A stretch of 28,706 nt of DNA from an uncultured Acidimicrobiaceae bacterium (GTDB lineage: Bacteria > Actinomycetota > Acidimicrobiia > Spongiisociales > UBA5794). Every line of letters starts with the position of its first letter. Positions within the stretch are counted from its first letter, which is position 1. The notes beneath the pieces are model-generated. The model did not search any database. It saw nothing but the letters and a program-made list of their open reading frames with translations, and was not told where the DNA came from. Both the position numbers and the translations under genes were made by a program. Below, piece after piece: positions 16,633 to 23,806 of this stretch. The stretch spans positions 1 through 28,706 of the forward strand of contig CAZULI010000002.1 of assembly GCA_964621095.1 (NCBI GenBank). Direction: 5' to 3'.

Positions 16633-17255
16633 CAGGATCCAGGACCGATATCCGGGCGCTGATGCAGATCGATCGGTTGCAGCCCCGGTTTGCGGCGTAC
16701 AGCGCGGCAACCGTGCGAGGCTCCATCCCCCTTGAGGGCGACACCTTGCTCGTTGGTGAGATCGCCCCTGGGAACGCCGTGTTCCAGATCGTCGACATCG
16801 CGCTGAAGGCCGCTGAGATCGAGTCGGTGTCCCAGATCGTGGAACGCGAGTTCGGGTTCTTCATGCTCCGGTCGCCGGTCAACACCTCGATCTCGATCGC
16901 CCGTGACGCGATCCTGGAGTATCTCGGCGCAGAGATGTCGGATCGGATGAAACCGAAGGTCGAAAGCACACAACGCATCACGTCGGTGGAACCCCATCAG
17001 GCCAAGCTGCTCAACATCTGGCGGCAGGGGTCACTCGTCATCCCCGGAAGCACCCTCGGGATGCTTGAGTGTTCACCCGCTGCCTACATCACGATCGCCG
17101 CCAATGAGGCAGAGAAGGCGGCAGACGTCGACATCGTCGAAGTCAGGGCGTTGGGTCGGTTCGGACGAATGTTCATCGCAGGAACCCAGGACAGTGTCAG
17201 CACAGCCCTTGATGCTGCCACGGCCGCCATCGAAGGGACGGATGGCCGTTCATGA
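16629..17255 (+). CDS. BMC trimer shell protein (BMC-T, CcmP-like double-stacking type)
   Basis: IDRLQPRFAAY...GEIAPG...DIALKA...VEREFG and second domain SPAAYITIAANEAEKAADV...GRFGRMFIAG resemble CcmP / Haliangium BMC-T; ATGA overlap with the AldDH. Confidence 0.9.
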   Translation: MTGSRTDIRALMQIDRLQPRFAAYSAATVRGSIPLEGDTLLVGEIAPGNAVFQIVDIALKAAEIESVSQIVEREFGFFMLRSPVNTSISIARDAILEYLGAEMSDRMKPKVESTQRITSVEPHQAKLLNIWRQGSLVIPGSTLGMLECSPAAYITIAANEAEKAADVDIVEVRALGRFGRMFIAGTQDSVSTALDAATAAIEGTDGRS

Positions 17256-18424
17256 ACGTCATTGGAGAACACGATGTGAGGGCAGCAGCGGCCCGCAGCG
17301 ACGTGATCGTCGTTGGTCCGAACGATCTCCTGACACCCAACGCTCGGGATCTGGTCGCCCAGCTCGGACTGCGGATCGTTGCCCAACCGGTTGAAGCCGT
17401 CTCCACCAACGCCCCCGATCACGCGACCGCAGTGAGGCGTGTTCTGTTGCGCCGATCCCCGAAGTGGATTGCTCCCCAAGCGAAGGGTTCCACCACCGAG
17501 AGACCGTTTGAGCGGATCGCGATGGTCGGTTGCGGCGCGGTGGGCGCCGCAACCGCACACCTTGCGGCTGCCCGCCAGGCCGCCAAGAGCCTCGCACTCA
17601 TCGATCTCGTGCCAGGTCTCGCTTCAAGCACGGCTCTTGACATCGAACACGCCTCCGGCATCACGGGTTCCCCCACCACGTGCGTCGGTGGGGAGACAAT
17701 GGATCTCATCGCGGACGCCGATGTCGTGGTGGTGACCGCCGGCAAGCCACGGTCCCCTGGGATGCCACGGGCCGATCTGCGCGACATCAACGCCAAGGTG
17801 ATCGGGGGAGTCGCGGCAGCCGTCCAGGAGTACGCGCCCAACGCGGTCCTCATCGTGGTGACGAACCCGCTCGATGAGATGACGTACGAAGCGTTCCGGT
17901 CCACCGACCTCCCACGCGAACGAGTCCTTGGTATGGCAGGGACCCTCGATTCAAGCCGGTTCCGCTGGGCGTTGGCGACCGAAGCCAAGGTGCACCCGCG
18001 TGATGTGTCAGCGTTCACCCTTGGGAGTCACGGGGATGAGATGGTGCCGATTCTCTCCCTTGCAACCATCAAGGGTCGCCCGGTGACTGAGGTTCTCCCC
18101 AAGGACGCGATTGAACGGTGCGTCCAGGAGACCGTCCATGGGGGCGGCCGCGTCGTTGCCCTACGGCGGACCGGATCGGCGTCGATTGCACCTGCCCACT
18201 CCATCGTTGAGATTCTCGACGCCATGCGCGGTGTGATACCGGGACCCATTCCCGTGTCGGTCGTCCTGCAGGGTGAGTACGGCATCAAGGATGTTGTGGT
18301 GGGTGTTCCCGTTCAACTCGGGATGGGTGGTTTGGAGCGGATCGTGGAGATGCCGCTCAGTGAGGCTGAGCTCAAGATGCTCCGGGAAGCGGCAAGCGTC
18401 GTGAAGGGGCGAATGGTCCAATGA
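17252..18424 (+). CDS. mdh: Malate dehydrogenase (LDH/MDH superfamily) with ~87-aa N-terminal extension
   Basis: GCGAVG, LID, TAGKPRSPGMPRADL (Arg at the MDH specificity position), VTNPLD, GMAGTLDSSRF, GSHGD; extra N-terminal domain containing LLTPNARD. Confidence 0.85.
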   Translation: MNVIGEHDVRAAAARSDVIVVGPNDLLTPNARDLVAQLGLRIVAQPVEAVSTNAPDHATAVRRVLLRRSPKWIAPQAKGSTTERPFERIAMVGCGAVGAATAHLAAARQAAKSLALIDLVPGLASSTALDIEHASGITGSPTTCVGGETMDLIADADVVVVTAGKPRSPGMPRADLRDINAKVIGGVAAAVQEYAPNAVLIVVTNPLDEMTYEAFRSTDLPRERVLGMAGTLDSSRFRWALATEAKVHPRDVSAFTLGSHGDEMVPILSLATIKGRPVTEVLPKDAIERCVQETVHGGGRVVALRRTGSASIAPAHSIVEILDAMRGVIPGPIPVSVVLQGEYGIKDVVVGVPVQLGMGGLERIVEMPLSEAELKMLREAASVVKGRMVQ

Positions 18425-18443
18425 GGGTTCTTGGAGGTGATCG

Positions 18444-19760
18444 ATGAACAACGAAGAAATGCTTTCCGAAATACTCGATGAGCTGAAGAGTTGGAGGGAG
18501 AAGGAGGACGGCTCCCCCCGCATGAGCCAAGCTGAGGCGAAGGCGACGTATCAGGCCGGGTTCGAACGTGCCGTGGATCCCTCACGGCGGGCCCACAAGG
18601 CTGGCAGTCTCAAGGTCACCATCCTCGGCGGTGGCAACGGCGGCATGGCCATGGCTGGCCACATGGCGATTCTTGGCTACGAGATCACCATGTGGTCCCC
18701 GTTCTCGTGGGAGCTTGAACCGATCGAGGAGAAGGGGGGAGTCTCGATCATCGGTTCAGAAGTCTCCGGATTCGGCAAGGTGGCAAAAGTCACCCCCAGC
18801 ATTGATCTGGCGGTCAAAGGCGCCGATCTGATCATGATCATCGCCCCAGCAATGGCACACAAGACGTACGCCTCGATGCTGGCGCCGTTGCTGCGTGACG
18901 GTCAGGTCGTGGTGCTCAACCCGGGACGTACCGGCGGCTCGTTGGAGTTCGCCCGGACCCTCACACGAAACGCGTGTTCAGCGCGGATCGTCCTCGGTGA
19001 GACCCAGACGTTCATTTACGCCGCTGAACGCAAGGATGCGTACACCGTCGAGATCCTCAAGGAGAAGTTCCGGATGCGGGCTGCAGCGCTTCCGGCAGCG
19101 GACAACGATCTTCTGATGGATCCGTTGCGTGATCTGTATCCACAGATCGAACCTGCCCAGAACGTCCTGGAGACCGGACTCAACAATGTAGCACCCGTCG
19201 TGCACCCCGGCACGGTGCTCCTGAACACCTCGGTGCTTGAGCGCACGGCGGCAGGCGAGCCGCTCAAGTTCTACCAGGATCAGGTGACGCCGACGATCGC
19301 CACTCTCATCATGGGAAAGCTTGACCAGGAGAAGCAGAACGTTGCCAAAGCCCTCGGCCTCAAGGAGGTCTGGTCGCTGCTTGACTGGTACCGGGAGAGC
19401 TACCACATCGTGGGTGACTCGATCTTTGAGGTCATCCGAGCCAACCCGTACATTGCGGGGTTCACCGCTCCAAGCAACATCCTGGCCCAGAACCACGTCC
19501 TCGACGATGTTCCCAACTCACTGGTCCCGATCTCAGATTTCGGCAAGGTGCTCGGCGTGGCCACACCAACCATCGACTCGATCGTCCACCTCGCAAGCGC
19601 CATGTGTTCGATTGATTGGTGGGAGGAGGGCAGAACGGTGAGCGGTCTCGGGTTGGGTGGCATGTCCATTGACCACATGATCGAGCACGTTGAACGCACG
19701 GCTCTCGGCGGGAAGTGCTCGGAGTCCGGTGTGTGCCGTGCCTTCGGGTTCTACAAGTAG
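18444..19760 (+). CDS. NAD/NADP opine (octopine/nopaline) dehydrogenase family protein with ~55-aa N-terminal extension
   Basis: ILGGGNGG, LNPGRTGG, ETQTFIYA, LNNVAPVVHPG, DWYRESY, DDVPNSLVP, GVATPTIDSIVHLAS; GGAGG RBS. Confidence 0.87.
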   Translation: MNNEEMLSEILDELKSWREKEDGSPRMSQAEAKATYQAGFERAVDPSRRAHKAGSLKVTILGGGNGGMAMAGHMAILGYEITMWSPFSWELEPIEEKGGVSIIGSEVSGFGKVAKVTPSIDLAVKGADLIMIIAPAMAHKTYASMLAPLLRDGQVVVLNPGRTGGSLEFARTLTRNACSARIVLGETQTFIYAAERKDAYTVEILKEKFRMRAAALPAADNDLLMDPLRDLYPQIEPAQNVLETGLNNVAPVVHPGTVLLNTSVLERTAAGEPLKFYQDQVTPTIATLIMGKLDQEKQNVAKALGLKEVWSLLDWYRESYHIVGDSIFEVIRANPYIAGFTAPSNILAQNHVLDDVPNSLVPISDFGKVLGVATPTIDSIVHLASAMCSIDWWEEGRTVSGLGLGGMSIDHMIEHVERTALGGKCSESGVCRAFGFYK

Positions 19761-19763
19761 GGG

Positions 19764-20108
19764 ATGGCCGTGATGCAAGAGTTCTCGGGTCGACCCGTCA
19801 TCTCGGGGGAGCAGATCGAAGCAGCCGCCGAGATGGGACGTTCAGAACTGGTGATCCCTGCTGGCGCCCTCATCACGCCGCTGGCACACGAGCGGGCAGC
19901 CGCGTTGGGCATCTCTCTCAGCTCAAGCGTTGCTCCCGATCGTCACGCCGGCCACGCCGCCAGAAGAGCAGCGACGCAGGCCAAGGCGAGAGAGATCGTG
20001 GCGCGGGTGGTGGCCGCCCGGGGTGGTGACCCATCGATGGTCGATGACATGGTCAAGACCGTGATGGAGCGCATGTCGAGTAGCTGCAAGTGTGGCGATC
20101 ACCGGTAG
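19764..20108 (+). CDS. Small BMC-associated hypothetical protein (ITPxA module plus C-terminal amphipathic helix)
   Basis: Starts 3 nt after the opine DH stop. N-terminal VISGEQIEAAA...ALITPLAHERAAALGISL; C-terminal MVDDMVKTVMERM. Confidence 0.8.
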   Translation: MAVMQEFSGRPVISGEQIEAAAEMGRSELVIPAGALITPLAHERAAALGISLSSSVAPDRHAGHAARRAATQAKAREIVARVVAARGGDPSMVDDMVKTVMERMSSSCKCGDHR

Positions 20109-20152
20109 CGTTCCGGGAAGCGTTGAAGATGGCAACTCGCGTGCCAAATGCA

Positions 20153-20182
20153 GAGAAGGGACACCCGAGGGTGTCCCTTCTC
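20153..20182. terminator. Bidirectional intrinsic terminator between operon B and the convergent RRM gene
   Basis: Perfect 14-bp inverted repeat GAGAAGGGACACCC-GA-GGGTGTCCCTTCTC between convergent stops at 20108 and 20200. Confidence 0.8.
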
Positions 20183-20199
20183 CGCGTTCGCTCCAAGAT

Positions 20200-20460
20200 C
20201 TAGTAGCGCGGGCGGCGCTCCTGGCGTTCCTGTGCTTCGTTCACACGGAGGTTGCGTCCGTCCATGTCCTCGCCGTCAAGTTCCTGCATCGCCTTGCGGG
20301 CAAGATCGTCTGACATCTCCACAAACGCAAAACCGCGTGAGCGGCCCGTTTCGCGGTCGGTGATCAGGGCAACGGAGTCAACCGTACCGATCGCCTCAAA
20401 CCTCGTGCGCACTGATTCTTCAGTTGCACTCCATGGGAGGTTTCCCACGTATAGTCTCAT
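20200..20460 (-). CDS. RNA-binding protein (single RRM domain)
   Basis: RNP2 LYVGNL, RNP1 RGFAFVEM, DRETGRS, GRNLRVNEA; ATG 20460 with GGAG upstream (86 aa). Confidence 0.93.
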   Translation of the reverse strand: MRLYVGNLPWSATEESVRTRFEAIGTVDSVALITDRETGRSRGFAFVEMSDDLARKAMQELDGEDMDGRNLRVNEAQERQERRPRY

Positions 20461-20770
20461 TCTTCCGGCTCCATTTCGATGGAAAGCCCACGGCCGCTGT
20501 CTCTGCACTCCGTCGGAACTCGACTCAAGCTGAAAAATCGGGCTGGGGTTGCTAACGGGTGTGAGATTAGCCCATCGCACGTCAAGACGCACACTTCTTG
20601 TGGCGCGTTTCACCCTGATTTTCATGGCGTGTTGCGGGGGTTCATCGTTGGGTGATGGCCCGCGAATGGCCAACCAGCACGGAGCCGTCAGCGGTGCAAG
20701 CACCTGGCGAAGCGCTGCTCGTGAAGCCAACGGGACGCGTCGTGGTCACCGATGCTGCAGCCGCTGTTGG

Positions 20771-22102
20771 CTACCTTCGAACGAACCGCTGTGCCTTGAG
20801 CTCGAAGCGGGGGAGTGACCCGAGGGCGACGATCTCGATGTCTGGGCGGAGGCCCACCGCAGCTTCGAAACGGGCTCGGACTGCAGCCGTCATGGCACGG
20901 CCATCGACGCCGTCCTGGCATTCCAACTCGATCAGCAGTTCTGCCATTTCGCGCTGGGTTGTCACCGTGACGCGAAACTCCTCGATCCCATCGTGGGCAC
21001 GCAACATGTTCTCGACTGCCGCTGGGAAGATGTTGACGCCACGCACCACGATCATGTCGTCAGCCCGGCCGATCACGCCACCATCGAACCGTGTGAACGT
21101 ACGGCCACACGGGCACGGATCGGTGGTGACCCGCACGACATCCCCGGTGCGGTACCGGAAGACGGGGAACCCGATCCTGCCGAGATTGGTGATGACGAGC
21201 TCTCCCTCCCCGCCGGGTTCCACGGGTGATCCGGTTGCAGGATCAAGCACTTCAACAATGAACTCACTGTCGATGGCGTGGGTCCCGCCGGGCTGGGCTT
21301 CACACTCGAAACTGTGCGCGCCGACTTCGGATGCTCCGGCATGGTCATAGCACTTGGCGCCCCACACCGACTCGATGCGCTGTTTGGTCGCTGGCACATT
21401 CGCCCCCGGTTCACCCGCGTGGACCGTGAGCCGCATCGGGATCGTGCTCAGGTCAAACCCATCCTCCCTGGCAACCTCGGCGAGCCGTAGGGCGTAGGTG
21501 GGGGTGCAGGTCATGGCGGTCACCCCCATCTCGGCCATGAGTCCGAGACGCTGGGACGAGGTACGACCGCCCCCTGGCACCATCAGGGCACCGATGTTTT
21601 GAGCTCCGCCGACGGCGGCCCAGAACCCGATGAACGGGCCAAACGAGAACGGAACGAAGAGGCGGTCCTTCGACGTCAATCCTGCACCGGCGAGCACGAA
21701 CCCCCAGCACCGCTCCCACCAGGCCCAGCTCTCGACGGTATCGAACACCCGCAGGGGGCTGCCCGTCGTGCCGGAGGTCTGGTGGACCCGTGTGTACGCG
21801 CTCTCGGGAAATGTGCAGTTGGTGTTGGTCTCGCTCTCGGCCTGTCCTTCCATGAGCTCGGCCTTCGTGGTGAGCGGTAGCTGTGAGAGATCAGCGAGGG
21901 TGCGGATGTCACGAGGGGCGGCTCCCACCGCATCAAACTTCTTGGTCACGAACCGGTTGCTGCCGTAGGTGGCGTCCACAACCACGGCCAACTTTGACTC
22001 CTGGAGGGCGCGGAGTTGCTCCGGTTCCAGCGTCTCGGTTTCCTGGTCAAAAAAGGTGGTCCCCACAGCCACAGTGTGCTCGTTTTGGGGGTCGCTTCGC
22101 AA
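20771..22102 (-). CDS. Phenylacetate-CoA ligase family protein (PaaK-like aryl-CoA ligase)
   Basis: P-loop HQTSGTTG, YDHAGASE, FRYRTGD, GRADDMIVVRGVNIFP. True start may be GTG 22072 or 22066. Confidence 0.88.
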   Translation of the reverse strand: MRSDPQNEHTVAVGTTFFDQETETLEPEQLRALQESKLAVVVDATYGSNRFVTKKFDAVGAAPRDIRTLADLSQLPLTTKAELMEGQAESETNTNCTFPESAYTRVHQTSGTTGSPLRVFDTVESWAWWERCWGFVLAGAGLTSKDRLFVPFSFGPFIGFWAAVGGAQNIGALMVPGGGRTSSQRLGLMAEMGVTAMTCTPTYALRLAEVAREDGFDLSTIPMRLTVHAGEPGANVPATKQRIESVWGAKCYDHAGASEVGAHSFECEAQPGGTHAIDSEFIVEVLDPATGSPVEPGGEGELVITNLGRIGFPVFRYRTGDVVRVTTDPCPCGRTFTRFDGGVIGRADDMIVVRGVNIFPAAVENMLRAHDGIEEFRVTVTTQREMAELLIELECQDGVDGRAMTAAVRARFEAAVGLRPDIEIVALGSLPRFELKAQRFVRR

Positions 22103-22123
22103 CCCGATTGCGGCACGGGCGAC

Positions 22124-22152
22124 CTGCCGGCAGCAGAATCAGACGCTATCGT
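22124..22152 (+). promoter_or_regulatory. Putative promoter giving a (near-)leaderless boxC transcript
   Basis: CTGCCG (22124-22129)-N17-TATCGT (22147-22152); GTG start 8 nt downstream with no SD sequence. Confidence 0.45.
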
Positions 22153-22160
22153 GACCATAC

Positions 22161-23804
22161 GTGATTGAGTTCCAGACACACCCCGACCAGTACCGGCATT
22201 GGCGCCTGGGGGTTGACGGCCGCGTCGCAACCCTCGACATGGATGTGGACCCCGATGGTGGGCTTCACGACGGGTACACCCTCAAACTCAACTCGTACGA
22301 TCTCGGCGTCGACATCGAACTCGCTGACGCCATCCAACGGCTCCGGTTCGAGCATCCCGAGGTTGGTGCGGTGGTGATCGGATCGGCGATGGACCGGGTG
22401 TTCTGTGCTGGTGCCAACATTCCGATGCTTGCCGGTGCCCCGCACCCGCTCAAGGTCAACTTCTGCAAGTTCACCAACGAGACCCGCAACGGGATCGAGG
22501 AGGCATCCGCGGAGTCTGGGCAGCGCTACATCGCGGCAATCAACGGCACGGCTGCTGGTGGCGGGTACGAACTTGCCCTTGCCACGGATCACATCATGTT
22601 GATCGATGATGGGTCCGCTTCAGTGGCTCTGCCGGAAGTGCCGCTCCTGGGGGTACTGCCGGGTACGGGTGGGTTGACGCGTCTTGTCGACAAACGGTTC
22701 GTGCGCCGTGATCGTGCCGACGTCTTCTGCACCGTTGAGGAGGGGATCAAGGGCACGAAAGCGGTGGAGTGGAACCTCATTGATGAACTGGTCCCCGGAT
22801 CCCGGTTTGATGAGATCGTCCACGAGCGCGCCGTGGAGTTCGCAGATGCGAGCCCGCGACCTGCCGAGGGACCAGGGGTGATCCTGACACCGCTCGATCG
22901 CACGATCAGCGAGAACGCACTGACGTACTCGTCGGTATCGGTGTCCATTGACCGCATGGCACGCTCTGCGGAGTTCATCATTGCAGGGCCATCAGATGGC
23001 GCTCCACCCGACGGGGACGGTGCCCGATCACTCGGGGCGGCATGGTGGGCGCTGCGGGTGGCTCGTGAACTCGACGACGCCATTTTGCACCTGCGAGTCA
23101 ACGAACTCGAGATCGGGACCTGGGTCATCCGTACCGAGGGTGACCTGGCGTTGGTGCTTGACCACGACCGCTTCCTCCATGAGTACGCCAGCCACTGGTT
23201 CGTCCACGAGGTGATGCTGTACTGGCGACGAATCCTCAAGCGCATCGATGTCTCATCTCGTTCGATCGTTGCCCTCATCGAACCCGGGTCCTGTTTCGGC
23301 GGGGTCCTGTTCGAGTTGGTACTCGCTGCCGACCGGGCGTATATGTTCCTTGGCGAGGACGACGACGGAGAGACTGCCCGGGTTGCGGTGACCGCGTCAA
23401 GCACCGGACCTCTCACCATGAGCAACGGGTTGACCCGCATCGCCACGCGCTTTTGGGGTGACGACGACGCACGACAGAGCGCGGAAGCGACGGTCGGCTT
23501 GACCCTTGATGCTGAGGAGGCCACGGAGGCGGGTCTCGTCACCGAGATCTTCGACGACATCGATTGGGAGGATGAACTTCGCCTGATTCTTGAGGAGCGG
23601 ACCTCGTTCAGCCCCGACAGTCTCACTGCCATGGAGGCGAACCTGCGGTTCCCTGGACCTGAGACGTTGGAGACCAAGATCTTCGGCAGACTGACCGCAT
23701 GGCAGAACTGGGTGTTCCAGCGTCCGAACGCATCGGGAGAAGTCGGTGCGCTTGGACGGTACGGAACCGGGCTGCGTCCTGAGTATGACAAGAGGAGGGT
23801 GTAG
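22161..23804 (+). CDS. boxC: 2,3-epoxybenzoyl-CoA dihydrolase (benzoyl-CoA-dihydrodiol lyase)
   Basis: KLNSYDLGVDIELADAIQRLRFEHPEV, KVNFCKFTNETRN, PEVPLLGVLPGTGGLTR, ETKIFGRLTAWQNWVFQRPNA. Confidence 0.95.
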   Translation: MIEFQTHPDQYRHWRLGVDGRVATLDMDVDPDGGLHDGYTLKLNSYDLGVDIELADAIQRLRFEHPEVGAVVIGSAMDRVFCAGANIPMLAGAPHPLKVNFCKFTNETRNGIEEASAESGQRYIAAINGTAAGGGYELALATDHIMLIDDGSASVALPEVPLLGVLPGTGGLTRLVDKRFVRRDRADVFCTVEEGIKGTKAVEWNLIDELVPGSRFDEIVHERAVEFADASPRPAEGPGVILTPLDRTISENALTYSSVSVSIDRMARSAEFIIAGPSDGAPPDGDGARSLGAAWWALRVARELDDAILHLRVNELEIGTWVIRTEGDLALVLDHDRFLHEYASHWFVHEVMLYWRRILKRIDVSSRSIVALIEPGSCFGGVLFELVLAADRAYMFLGEDDDGETARVAVTASSTGPLTMSNGLTRIATRFWGDDDARQSAEATVGLTLDAEEATEAGLVTEIFDDIDWEDELRLILEERTSFSPDSLTAMEANLRFPGPETLETKIFGRLTAWQNWVFQRPNASGEVGALGRYGTGLRPEYDKRRV

Positions 23805-23806
23805 GC

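Noticed and set aside
14539-17255. Calling the BMC a Eut, Pdu, GRM or carboxysome locus
   Set aside because: No ethanolamine ammonia-lyase, diol dehydratase, glycyl radical enzyme, RuBisCO or carbonic anhydrase in the window.
20200-20730. 176-aa version of the RRM ORF
   Set aside because: The RRM domain starts at ATG 20460 with an SD; the extra 90 aa show no protein-like features.
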